The notes: generated by a model from the sequence alone, not told the origin. Shown: positions 1-11,355, counted from the whole stretch's first letter. The stretch: 63,844 nt of DNA, filler included, from Octopus bimaculoides (GCF_001194135.2; 10 parts of 10 records of this genome joined end to end with filler, not necessarily neighbours in it); one strand, 5' to 3'. Numbers and translations are program-made.

Positions 1-649
1 ATATATAAATATATATATATATTAATGCCCTTATATAAATATATATATATATATATATATGCATATATGTATAGCCATACATACGTATATATGAATATAT
101 ACACATTTATATACGCGAATAAAAACCAAAGAATCTAATGAATGGAACCAATTTGAATGTAATTGAACCTGGCGATTAACTAACCGGTTTTTGGCAATGT
201 AAAACATAAAGTTTAGGCTTGAAACATGTAACATTCATTTATCTTTACTTTTCCTTAGCTTTGATTTTTATTCGCAATATTTAGCAACTTTCGTTAGCAA
301 TACGTGAGTTGTACAGTAACTGTCAACTTATTGGAATTTCGATCGATTTCAATATGGGACCGAATGTATAACTTACGCCAGTTATTAATCTTTCTTTATC
401 GTATATCGTCTGCTTCTTCTCATTTATACACGCTGAGTACTTTCTTGATGCTTATTAATTTCCTGTACCTGAATCTTTCCGGATCACAATACCCAGCAAC
501 TATACATACATACATACATACATACATACATACAAGCAGGTCTTTGAGTTACTACAGTTCAAAAGTTAATCTGTATGTATACATAAATTGACACATAAAT
601 ACGGGTAGAGGTTACATTGCTATATATTCGTAAATTATTTATGAATTTC

Positions 650-1800
650 AAACTGACTTCAGGCTAAAACACAAATGGCTCGTTCTTCATGTCCTCCAGT
701 AATAAGCTGTGATAACAAAATAGATACAATCACAATTTGAAAAGTACTGTCTTTCGGTCTTGTAAAAATTTGTTAATATCTTTTTTTTTGTATATGCTGA
801 AGGAAAAAAATTATAAGATTACAAGAGACAGCATCATCATAAGAATATCTCTCCATATTTCCAGGTGTTCATCCAGACATCTAATCGTATCATTCATTAA
901 TATTTCCATTCCTGCTTTGAATTCAATTCCAATTCGGCAGTTTTGTTGCAATTAGGAATTGACAAACTACAAATTCATCAATTATTAACAACAAAAATAA
1001 AAATACGTAATCAAAAGGTTTCTTTTGATATTGACATGTATATTTTTCAACAGAACTTAGGGAATTTAACAAGTATTGGACTGTATTTGTTCTGTTTCTT
1101 TTCATTCATCTAGAAGCTACGTATCCGTATTTTGACTTTCCGTACAAGCGATTAAGTTTTGTATTGTAAAACTTTACAAAGCTATGATAAATGTTTACCC
1201 AATCTTATTGTTTCATTAATCTAATGTTTAGTTCCAGCTTTTTGTCTCTTAAATACACATCATTCAGCTCTTCTGTTAAATATGGCAGATAATATTAATA
1301 TTTGATGTAATTAGGTTGATTAAATATTTACAAGACAACTCTTGTAAGAGTTGTGAGAGAACCCTTCACATCAAAGTGTCATAATTCTATTTCTAAACAT
1401 ATTAACATAATTTGCACAATTATTTCTAAAATAACTAATAACTTAACAACACGCAGAAATTTTTTACATGGTTGGCATTTTACTTAATTTTCAGTTGTAT
1501 TAAGTAGACAAGGTTAGAGTTAAGGTTTCGCACTCTACAGAGGATACTCATTGTTTCAAAAGTATCTTCCCTACAGACCAAACATTCTACTTTTTATCTT
1601 GGTAAATGCAAACAATTTCTTGTATAAAGACAAAATATAAACTTACGTCTCAGAATCCTCTACTTTTTATCCCACATCTTATTCAGTCAGCAACTTTGTT
1701 TCTACACGTCGAAAAACCGAAATATTTTTCGTGCTGGATTAATCAATCATGCATCCGGGCAAATATTATCGATTGCCTGTCATATCAAGTGGAATATGGC
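650..1800 (-). mobile_element. Highly decayed Penelope-like RT remnant
   Basis: Minus-strand translation has PLE-RT-like pieces (HFDVKGSLTTL resembling SFDVxSLFT; YQKKP..) broken by many stops. Confidence 0.35.
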
Positions 1801-2022
1801 TATCAAACTATCTGCACGACTTTACAGGATTTTCTTTACTAATGGAGAAACGTACGGGTTTTGACATCTGGGTCTAGCAATATAGTTTGCATGACATGTG
1901 GACATTTGCTCTGCTACAGAATTACAATTCATACAAACTGTAACTTAAGAAGCTACCAAGCACGATAGTCACTAAATCACTATCTTGCTAAATCTCTCAT
2001 GTAATATCATATGACCAAGATG

Positions 2023-2063
<41 letters not shown>

Positions 2064-2090
2064 CACAAGTAGTAGTTGTTGTTATTATTA

Positions 2091-2280
2091 AGGCGGCGAA
2101 AGGCGGCGAGCTTCCAGAATACTTTGCGGCATTTTTCTGTCTTTACGTTCTCAGTTCAAATGCCGTCGAGATCGACTTTTCCATTTATCATTTCGGCGTC
2201 GATAAAATGAGTACCAGTTGAATCACTGGGGTTGATGTAATCGACTTACACCACTACCCGAACTTGCTGGCCTTGTGTAG
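2091..2280 (+). mobile_element. tRNA-derived SINE family A, diverged copy
   Basis: GGCGGCGAGCT..CAGAAT..TCTCAGTTCAAATGCCGTCGAGATCGACTTT..GAGTACCAG; homologous to 7741-7915 and 44907-45140. Confidence 0.7.
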
Positions 2281-2284
2281 AAGC

Positions 2285-2650
2285 TCTACAGAACATTCTA
2301 TTCCAATCTCCTTCAACCATTTGTCTATATCTTTATTCACAGTTCCCAGTGCACCAATTATTACAGGTAGAACCTTTAAAGTTTTTATACTCCGAATTCT
2401 TACAAGTTCACATTTTAAAAGATTCTATCTTTTAATTGTTCATCCTCCTTCTTTACAATTCTGGAATCAAATGGACATGATGGATCAATTAGTAAGCAAC
2501 TTCGCATTTCATTCCCTAATTTTGTTATATCTGGCTTGTTATTTTCTAGCTTGTTATCTGAATAGGAAAATCCCATAAAATTTTGCATGTCTTCGAATCC
2601 AGCGCTCTTTTGACCCGATGATCATATCATGTTCCTCTAGCTTCAAATCC
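2285..2650 (-). mobile_element. R4/Dong-type (REL endonuclease) non-LTR retrotransposon 3' fragment
   Basis: Minus strand ILWDFPIQ..NKPDI..CLLIDPSCPFD..PVIIGALGTV, with stops and frameshifts. Confidence 0.7.
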
Positions 2651-2699
2651 ACATTTCTGACACAGCTACCAGTATAAAACATTTTATAACTTAATATTA

Positions 2700-3560
2700 T
2701 TATATGAAGACTCACAGTTTATTTTGCTGGGTATGATGGAAAGTATCAGCTATCCACAGCCAGCAGACTAAAGAAACAGTAGCTTACTGGTCATGCTTCA
2801 AGAACCCTGCGAAGAATTCTTGCAGTTTCAAGCAATGCTGATTTTGTAGGTGCTCTACATTCACGCTTGCACCAATTGTTTTCAGCCATGTTGGTAGTTG
2901 AGTGCTGACAGTTCCAAGTGCACCAATTACTACTGGTATCACCTCTACTCTCTTCATTGACCACAACCTTCGTATTTCTCACTTCAAATCGTCATAGTTG
3001 TTTATTTTTTGTTCTTTCACATTCATCTTGTTGTCACCGGGGCATGTTATCTCGATTATCATACATGTTCATTCTTTTTAATTCACCACAGCAACGTCCG
3101 GTTTCCGATGTATGGCCGGGTGATTGCACTGGATCATTGCATCTCACAGGATTTTGCAATTCTCGTTTTCAGTGACCATTCTGGTGTTTGCTCATACCAC
3201 GTATTTGCTCTTCGTAGGCCGTGATTTCTACATGAGCTCCCAGTGGATCGTTCTTGTCACATGGTCATGGCGTCTTTTGAATTCGTGTTGTGCCAATTTC
3301 GGGCATTCACTAACGGTATGCCATACCGTTTCACCCCTCTCCTCACACATTCTGCATTTGTCGCTATCAGTTGTGTTGTCAATTCTGCACTTCATAAAGT
3401 CGGTCCTTAACGCTTGTTCCTGAGTTACACACGTGAGTGCTTCTGTCTCTATCTCCAGGTATCTTCAGGTCCTCTATATCTGTCTTGACATTCACATCTA
3501 TTGCAGACTGACCATACATATTCTTTTCCTGCCACGACTTTTTTTTTGTTCATTTCTTGT
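2700..3560 (-). mobile_element. R4/Dong-type retrotransposon 3' fragment (CCHC knuckle plus REL domain)
   Basis: TQEQALRT..CRMCEERGETVWHTVSECPKLAQHEFKRRHDHV (CCHC, RHD), then KPDVAVV..IIEITCPGD (PD..D/E REL), then IPVVIGALGTV..QKSALLETARILRRVLEA*. Confidence 0.85.
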
Positions 3561-3569
3561 CTAAATTTT

Positions 3570-3795
3570 TCTATCGTTATTTTCTCTTTATCACATGTTT
3601 TGTTCGAGCTCCTGGAGTCTTTCATGTGTAGTGGGCTTACTATTTGCAGTCTGTGGTACCACACTGTTCATTCTTTTCAGCTATCTAATACTTTCCTGAT
3701 TGTTCTGGCAGTGGCAAGGAGGCAACCCTTTTGTAACAGTTCTACTTGGCATTTTATTCCAATTTCCTTTATATTCCTCTTCATTTTCCATAGCC
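3570..3795 (-). mobile_element. R4/Dong-type retrotransposon, extreme 3' fragment
   Basis: Minus strand ..ELLQKGCLLATARTIRKVLDS* plus 3' UTR, directly abutting a (TAA)n/(CAA)n tract. Confidence 0.7.
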
Positions 3796-3819
3796 GGACT
3801 TATTATTATTATTATTATT

Positions 3820-3852
<33 letters not shown>

Positions 3853-3870
3853 ATTATTATTATTATTATT
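3791..3870. repeat. Compound (TAT)n(TGT)n(TAT)n microsatellite
   Basis: Read directly from the sequence. Confidence 0.95.
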
Positions 3871-4016
3871 CAGTAGTTTTATTTTTATAACGTGCTTTCA
3901 CTTCACTACCGACCGCAGCTCTGTGCGCCTTGGGTATGTGCTGTGGTTTGCTGTGGTGCTCTTATGTTTACTNNNNNNNNNNNNNNNNNNNNNNNNNNNN
4001 NNNNNNNNNNNNNNNN

Positions 4017-4028
4017 TTAATTAATTAA
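4017..4028. other. Synthetic six-frame-stop contig linker (first of nine: 4017, 15893, 19296, 25677, 48079, 50186, 53262, 60999, 62407)
   Basis: Identical 44N-TTAATTAATTAA-44N (100 bp) cassettes. Confidence 0.95.
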
Positions 4029-4236
4029 NNNNNNNNNNNNNNNNNNNNNNNNNNNNNNNNNNNNNNNNNNNNTATATATTTTATTATATGTATTTATTTT
4101 CTCTTAGTTAACAATTAACTCCGACAAAATAAATTGGTTAACAGATACCAGGGTAGCAAAGATCACAAAATAACTGTGGTGTAACTCCTGTTTACAAGGT
4201 AGAAACTCCCTGTTATTTTGGGGTATTTTGAGTAAA

Positions 4237-4322
4237 TATAAAATTTAATAAATGGAGTAATATGCATATGTTAAATGAATTCATTTAACATATGTGTACT
4301 ACTCCATATATTAAATTTTATA
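4237..4322. repeat. 86-bp spacerless AT-rich palindrome (30-bp perfect core centred on GAATTC)
   Basis: 4265-4294 CATATGTTAAATGAATTCATTTAACATATG is self-complementary; the arms extend a further 28 bp with 4 mismatches. Confidence 0.9.
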
Positions 4323-4602
4323 TATGTATGTATGTTATTATAATTGTTGTTGATGACATCAATGTTGTCATTGTCATCGTTGTCGTCATCAACCCTAACA
4401 CCACCTCCACCACCGTTAACCCAGGACACTGTTATTACCTCTTTTAGTGTCCAATGAAGGAGAGAGAGGTTGGCATGGGTGCCAGTCGTCGGATTCGGTT
4501 CAATTTCGATTTCAGATTTCAAATTCACTTGCGCCTCAACAGGTCTTCGCAACGAGAGTTTAGTGTCCAATGACGTAAAGCTAAGAATAAGTGTATATAT
4601 TT

Positions 4603-4789
4603 TACTCTTTACTCTTTTTACTCTTTTACTTGTTTCAGTCATTTGACTGCGGCCATGCTGGAGCACCGCCTTTAGTCGAGCAAATCGACCCCAGAACTTA
4701 TTCTTTGGAAGCCTAGTACTTATATTCTATCGGTCTCTTTTGCTGAACCGCTAGTTTACGGGGACGTAAACACACCAGCATCGGTTGTC
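4603..4789 (-). mobile_element. SINE family B (3' tail AGAGTAAA repeats), truncated by a gap
   Basis: TACTCTTTTACTTGTTTCAGTCATTTGACTGCGGCCATGCTGGAGCACCGCC..; near-identical copies at 22715-22867, 25965-26167 and 50222-50325. Confidence 0.85.
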
Positions 4790-5711
4790 NNNNNNNNNNN
4801 NNNNNNNNNNNNNNNNNNNNNNNNNNNNNNNNNNNNNNNNNNNNNNNNNNNNNNNNNNNNNNNNNNNNNNNNNNNNNNNNNNNNNNNNNNNNNNNNNNNN
4901 NNNNNNNNNNNNNNNNNNNNNNNNNNNNNNNNNNNNNNNNNNNNNNNNNNNNNNNNNNNNNNNNNNNNNNNNNNNNNNNNNNNNNNNNNNNNNNNNNNNN
5001 NNNNNNNNNNNNNNNNNNNNNNNNNNNNNNNNNNNNNNNNNNNNNNNNNNNNNNNNNNNNNNNNNNNNNNNNNNNNNNNNNNNNNNNNNNNNNNNNNNNN
5101 NNNNNNNNNNNNNNNNNNNNNNNNNNNNNNNNNNNNNNNNNNNNNNNNNNNNNNNNNNNNNNNNNNNNNNNNNNNNNNNNNNNNNNNNNNNNNNNNNNNN
5201 NNNNNNNNNNNNNNNNNNNNNNNNNNNNNNNNNNNNNNNNNNNNNNNNNNNNNNNNNNNNNNNNNNNNNNNNNNNNNNNNNNNNNNNNNNNNNNNNNNNN
5301 NNNNNNNNNNNNNNNNNNNNNNNNNNNNNNNNNNNNNNNNNNNNNNNNNNNNNNNNNNNNNNNNNNNNNNNNNNNNNNNNNNNNNNNNNNNNNNNNNNNN
5401 NNNNNNNNNNNNNNNNNNNNNNNNNNNNNNNNNNNNNNNNNNNNNNNNNNNNNNNNNNNNNNNNNNNNNNNNNNNNNNNNNNNNNNNNNNNNNNNNNNNN
5501 NNNNNNNNNNNNNNNNNNNNNNNNNNNNNNNNNNNNNNNNNNNNNNNNNNNNNNNNNNNNNNNNNNNNNNNNNNNNNNNNNNNNNNNNNNNNNNNNNNNN
5601 NNNNNNNNNNNNNNNNNNNNNNNNNNNNNNNNNNNNNNNNNNNNGAAAATATAAAAATACAAATTTTGTTTCAATTACATCATATCTATTTATCCATTTT
5701 TCTAATTTTCT

Positions 5712-6065
5712 ATGTATGTGTCTGTCCATCTGTTTGTCTGTGTCTATCTATCTATCCATTTATCTGTCTGTCTGTCTATCTCTCTATCAGTGTGTGTCTG
5801 TCTGTCTAAGTATGTATATATCTATCTATCTGTCTATCTATCTCTTCTAAGCATCTATGTACGTATCTGCCTATCTGTCTGTCTATCTATCTATGTATCT
5901 ACCTATATGTCTATGTATTTATCTGTCTGTCTATGTATTTATCTATCAATCTATCTCTTTCTCTAAGTATCTATCTATCTATCTATCTATCTATATTTTT
6001 GTCAGTTTGTTTATGTGTGTATATAGAAACGTGTCTATCTGTGTATAAATATATCGTTTATCTAT
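5712..6065. repeat. Degenerate (TCTA/TCTG)n tetranucleotide tract
   Basis: Read directly from the sequence. Confidence 0.9.
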
Positions 6066-6269
6066 CGATCTTTTTTTTCCTGTCTATACATACATACATG
6101 AACGAAGTGTGTGTCGTCTATGACACACACAAACACATACGCGCGCTCGCACCCCCTCACACACACGTGCAATTCAGGGTCACCACTAGCGTTGTTCCAC
6201 TTCACTTATTTCCCTTTATTACGAAATCTCTTGCACTTTTTACCATTCTGAAGGTAATTTAAGCGTGTT

Positions 6270-6658
6270 CCTCTTATCCCTTCGTTCTCTCTTTCTTTCT
6301 TCTTCTTCTTCCTCCCCATCTCTCTCTCTCTTTCTTTCTTCCTATCTCTTTCTTCTCCCGTGTGTGTGTGTGCATCTCTCTTTCTTTTTCTCTCTATCAG
6401 TTTTTACTTCAGTCTCTCTCTCTCTCTCCCCGTTTCCTTTTTCCTTACGCGTCTCTACCCCCTCACTCTACTTTATTTCCTCTCTCTCTCTCTCTCTCTC
6501 TCTTCCACGCTGTTTAGCTGTCTTTCTCCCCCCCCTCCGCCACTGTTTTTCGTCCCCTCCTCAATATCCCTTTCTTTCTGTCCGTCTCTCTCTTTCTTTC
6601 CCCGTCTTTCTAGCTCTTTCTCTCTCTCTTCCCTCCCCCGCTTTCTACTTGTCTAGCT
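6270..6658. repeat. Polypyrimidine (CT)-rich low-complexity tract
   Basis: Read directly from the sequence; explains the spurious Ser/Leu/Phe ORFs. Confidence 0.9.
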
Positions 6659-7621
6659 NNNNNNNNNNNNNNNNNNNNNNNNNNNNNNNNNNNNNNNNNN
6701 NNNNNNNNNNNNNNNNNNNNNNNNNNNNNNNNNNNNNNNNNNNNNNNNNNNNNNNNNNNNNNNNNNNNNNNNNNNNNNNNNNNNNNNNNNNNNNNNNNNN
6801 NNNNNNNNNNNNNNNNNNNNNNNNNNNNNNNNNNNNNNNNNNNNNNNNNNNNNNNNNNNNNNNNNNNNNNNNNNNNNNNNNNNNNNNNNNNNNNNNNNNN
6901 NNNNNNNNNNNNNNNNNNNNNNNNNNNNNNNNNNNNNNNNNNNNNNNNNNNNNNNNNNNNNNNNNNNNNNNNNNNNNNNNNNNNNNNNNNNNNNNNNNNN
7001 NNNNNNNNNNNNNNNNNNNNNNNNNNNNNNNNNNNNNNNNNNNNNNNNNNNNNNNNNNNNNNNNNNNNNNNNNNNNNNNNNNNNNNNNNNNNNNNNNNNN
7101 NNNNNNNNNNNNNNNNNNNNNNNNNNNNNNNNNNNNNNNNNNNNNNNNNNNNNNNNNNNNNNNNNNNNNNNNNNNNNNNNNNNNNNNNNNNNNNNNNNNN
7201 NNNNNNNNNNNNNNNNNNNNNNNNNNNNNNNNNNNNNNNNNNNNNNNNNNNNNNNNNNNNNNNNNNNNNNNNNNNNNNNNNNNNNNNNNNNNNNNNNNNN
7301 NNNNNNNNNNNNNNNNNNNNNNNNNNNNNNNNNNNNNNNNNNNNNNNNNNNNNNNNNNNNNNNNNNNNNNNNNNNNNNNNNNNNNNNNNNNNNNNNNNNN
7401 NNNNNNNNNNNNNNNNNNNNNNNNNNNNNNNNNNNNNNNNNNNNNNNNNNNNNNNNNNNNNNNNNNNNNNNNNNNNNNNNNNNNNNNNNNNNNNNNNNNN
7501 NNNNNNNNNNNNNNNNNNNNNNNNNNNNNNNNNNNNNNNNNNNNNNNNNNNNNNNNNNNNNNNNNNNNNNNNNNNNNNNNNNNNNNNNNNNNNNNNNNNN
7601 NNNNNNNNNNNNNNNNNNNNN

Positions 7622-7915
7622 TTCGGGGGTCGATTAAATAAGTACCAGTTACGCACTGGGGTCGGTATAATCGACTTAATCCCCTTGTCCGTCTTTGTTT
7701 GTCCCTTCTATGTTTAGCACCTTGAGGGCAATAAAGAAATAGGTATTTCGTCTGCCGCTACGTTCTGAGTTCAAATTCCGCCGAGGTCGACATTGCCTTT
7801 CATCCTTTCGGGGTCGATTAAATAAGTACCAGTTACGCACTGGAGTCGATATAATCGACTTAATCCCTTTGTTTGTCCCCTCTGCGTGTAGCCCCTTGTG
7901 GGTAGTAAAGAAATA
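7622..7915 (+). mobile_element. Tandem pair of SINE family A copies (the second is 5'-truncated)
   Basis: TTCGGGGTCGATTAAATAAGTACCAGTTACGCACTGG occurs twice; B-box-like TCTGAGTTCAAATTCC; 3' end GTAAAGAAATA. Confidence 0.85.
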
Positions 7916-8204
7916 ACACAAATAACACTCACACTCACACTCATACATACAAATTCACACACATACAGTGAGCCTCACACAGACGTGCACACGTTCACAC
8001 ACACACAAAGCATGACACATGCAAAGCTACACACACACACACACACATACGGAAGGCATCTCACACACACTGACGCACACATAGAGCTTCTCATACTTCC
8101 TACACGTACACAGAGACACGCAAACCCATCTTTACTTCCTCCTCCTCATCCACTGTGTGATGACGTCATCGGAGGTCACCATGTCACATGATTCAATGCT
8201 TCGC

Positions 8205-8608
8205 AGTGAGCGAGACGGAGGAAGGGATTGATAGATAGATAGATAGACAAGGTGGAAGTGGGAGGAGAGGCGGAGGCGGAGGCAGGGATAGAGAGCGAAT
8301 GAAAGAGAGAGAGAGAGAAAGAAACAGAATTGATAGAGAAGGTAAGAGTAGGAGGCAGAGGCAGAGACAGTGATAGAAAAGGTGAAGAGAGAGAAAGAGA
8401 GAAAGAAAGGAATATATAACGAGCGATAGAGAAGGTAAGAGTAGGAGGCAGAGATAGAGAGAGAGAAAGTAAGAGTGAAAGGTAGAGGCAGCGAAAGACA
8501 GATAGAAGAGAAAGCAATAAATAGAGAGGGTGAGGTAAAGGTAGCGAAAGATAGAAAGAGGTTGATTAAGAGATAGAGTGTGTGAGAAGTAGAGGCAAAT
8601 ATATATAC

Positions 8609-8640
<32 letters not shown>

Positions 8641-9790
8641 GGACGGAAGAGAAAGGGACAGAAGTAGCGTTAGACAGAAAAAGTAAGAGAGAGAGTGAGA
8701 GAGAGGTAGAGAATGTGGGAGTTAGAGGATGAGTGGTGTAGTCAAAGAGGGAGAGGGAGAGTGAAGAGTGTGACACTAGTAGCGATAAAGAGAGGGGGAT
8801 ACGGAAAGGAACAGCGATAGAAAGGGTATAAGAGGGTTGGCGGTTGATTAAGTGATAGACAGAGGTAAGCGAGAGAGAGAGTGAGTGGAACAAGTAGTGA
8901 TAGATAAAGAGGGTAAAAGAGAGTGAGTGATTGATGAAGAGGTAGAAAGTAAGAGAGAATGAATGACTTAACGATAGACAGTGAGTGCTAAAGAGAGAGA
9001 AGGGGAGGAGAGAAAATGTGTGGGAGAAGTGGTGATAGAAAGAGAGGGTGAGAGAGCGTCGGAGATTGACAGATTGAGAGAGAAAGAGAAGCAGACGATG
9101 AGGCTGGAGTGTGAGGGTGAATGGCACAGGCATGGATAGACAGAGAATGTGAGAGAGAGACGTAGGGACAGACAGAGAGGGTAAGAGAGCGTTGGCGATT
9201 GATTAAAACATAGAGGGAGGGTGAGAAGTAACAATAGACAGAGTAAAAGTGATTGAGTGAGTAATTGTGTAAGAGAGAGAGACGTAGAGATAGACAGAGA
9301 GGGTGAGAGAGCGTCGGGAATTGATTGAAAGATAGAGAGAGGGTGAGAGAGGTAACACTAGATAGAGTAAAAGTGAGTGAGTGAGTAATTGTGTANNNNN
9401 NNNNNTGAGTAATTGTGTGAGAGAGAGAGACGTAGAGATAGACAGAGAGGGTGAGAGAGCGTCGGGAATTGATTGAAAGATAGAGAGAGGGTGAGAGAGG
9501 TAACACTAGATAGAGTAAAAGTGAGTGAGTGAGTAATTGTGTAAGAGAGAGAGGGTAAGAGAGCGTTGGAGATTGATTAGAATATAGAAAGAGGGTGAGA
9601 GGTAACAATAGACAGAGTAAAAGGGATTGAGTGAGTAATTGTGTAAGCGTTGGAGATTGATTAATAGAGTGGAAGGGTGAGTGAGACAAAGGTAGCGATA
9701 AACAGAAAAAGTGAGAGATAGATAGACAGAGAGAGAGAGAAAGCGCGAGAAAGTGAGGCGAAGGAATCAATAAGGAGAAAGTGAAAGAGA
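8205..9790. repeat. ~1.6-kb purine-rich (GA) tract with degenerate ~120-bp minisatellite-like units
   Basis: Recurring GAGAGGGTGAGAGAGCGTC..ATTGATT..GAGTAATTGTGT units; the + strand is almost entirely A/G. Confidence 0.85.
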
Positions 9791-10149
9791 GAGTGTTACT
9801 TCTGTAGGCCAGCAGTCTACTCAAGCTTTTCCCCTCCTCATGTTATTGTAGCCCTTCCTCCTACTTTTCCTCCAAGCGCACATGTCACTGTGTGTATATA
9901 CACAGACGTATATATAACACATCTGCTTAAACATCAATGTATACGCACACACATGCGTACGTAGATAGAGCCATGGCTATATATACACACGTATTATCTT
10001 TTCTTTCTTCTTCCTATACATAAACACACGTATATGCTGTATATATATAGATATATATAGATACTCATTCATTCATATTACACATACAAACAAGATATCT
10101 TTCAAGTAAATCATTACAACATTATGAAGAGAGAGAGAACATCGTTGTC

Positions 10150-10361
10150 TGGCTGGTCTCCTCTTCCAGTAGCCAAAACACACAGAAAAACATTGGACTT
10201 TTATGAACAAAGCCATTAGAAGAAGCCAGGTTTTGATCAAACTTAATGCTGCCGTCCATACAGCTTTCATTTATTAATTATTATTATTATACGGTTACTC
10301 GCAAATCAACGTGTCCCCTTCAGAGTGAAGCCCTCCATCACGACCACGACCACCACTGCCA
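10150..10361 (+). promoter_or_regulatory. Probable 5' UTR / proximal promoter of the SPHK gene
   Basis: Unique, non-repetitive sequence directly upstream of the ATG, rising into the CpG-rich exon. The TSS cannot be determined. Confidence 0.35.
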
Positions 10362-11355
10362 ATGGCTTCTCGCAAACATTGTGTGATTCTCAAGACCGTC
10401 GTCACTATCTATCCCCGCAAGAAGCGATATTTATTGGTCCTGAGGCGGGGGTCCCTGACATATTGGCCCTACAACGATAACAGTGACGACGACGAATCGT
10501 CGTGGTTTAACAACAGCACCGACAAAACGGCAGCTGGTTCGGGTTTTGGAGGCAACCCCGTCGCTGCTGCTGCTGCTGCTTCGAACCCCGTTCGCAAGGT
10601 CAGCTTCGATACGAACCCGCAGAATTACAGCGAGTGGAACGATAGCATAAGAAAGGACTCCGATCAGAGAACCCCTTCGGTCGAACCCTTGGCAGGAGCA
10701 CGGCCCACGGAGACCACAACACCAGCAACGCAACCCCAGCCTCCGTCACCACTTTGTGCCTCTCAGGAGACGAGTGCCGCTTCGGAAAGCGGCGGCGGCA
10801 CTTTGTCCAACATCACCAACACCACTTTCCACCACCAACACCATCACAACAACAACAACCACCACCACCACCACCACAGTAACAACCATCACCACCACCA
10901 CCACCACCACAACAACAATTATAATCGTCATCATCACGAAAATCGTCGTCATAATAGTAATAACATCAACAATAATAATTATTATGATACTAATACCAAC
11001 ACTAACAGCAATATTGATTATAATAATAGTTACATTAGCGGTAGTGGTGGTGGTCATGTTGGGAACGACAATTCCTACAACGATAATAACACCGAGTTTT
11101 GTATTAACCTGAACGATGTTATAGGGTGTCATTGTTACAAAGGGAAAACCCCGGACGACAGCCAGGCGTATTTTACTGTATATGCCTACCCCTTCAGACG
11201 GAAAATCCTCAGCGGTCGGCAAATCCGGCACAGGTTGTCGGTGACATTTGGAATATTCTGCCAGGAAAATTTCCAAGAGAATCTGAGACTAGCCGAGACA
11301 TGGAAAAAATTAATTGGACATTTAGCACGTGGGAAACCAATCAATGGACTTGAAG
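10362..11355 (+). CDS. SPHK: Sphingosine kinase (SPHK2-type), first coding exon: N-terminal PH-like domain interrupted by a 209-aa low-complexity insert
   Basis: ATG in good Kozak context (gccaATGg). The C-terminal part LNDVIGCHCYKGKTPDDSQAYFTVYAYPFRRKILSG...QENFQENLRLAETWKKLIGHLARGKPI resembles my recollection of human SPHK2 (..VSGCCTLRSRSPSDSAAYFCIYTYPRGRR..ATYEENRAEAQRWATALTCLLRGLP). The N-terminal TIYPRKKRYLLVLRRGSL resembles GSYPARGPRFALTLTSQAL. Donor GAAG|GTAAAG at 11355/11356 (phase 1). CpG/GC-rich against an AT-rich background. The kinase core exons were not found in the window. Confidence 0.85.

Noticed and set aside
9276-9545. Exact ~120-bp tandem duplication around a 10-N gap (also 21911-21988 and 44194-44345)
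   Set aside because: Overlapping contig ends duplicated across minimal gaps; probably haplotype or overlap artefacts.
6265-9824. Ser/Leu/Phe-rich ORFs of 278-458 aa
   Set aside because: Translation of CT/GA microsatellite tracts.
10431-11276. Antisense and alternate-frame ORFs over the SPHK exon (176-aa poly-Val, 118-aa poly-Thr/Ile, 100 aa)
   Set aside because: Shadows of CAC/AAC triplet repeats and GC-rich coding sequence; no family signal.
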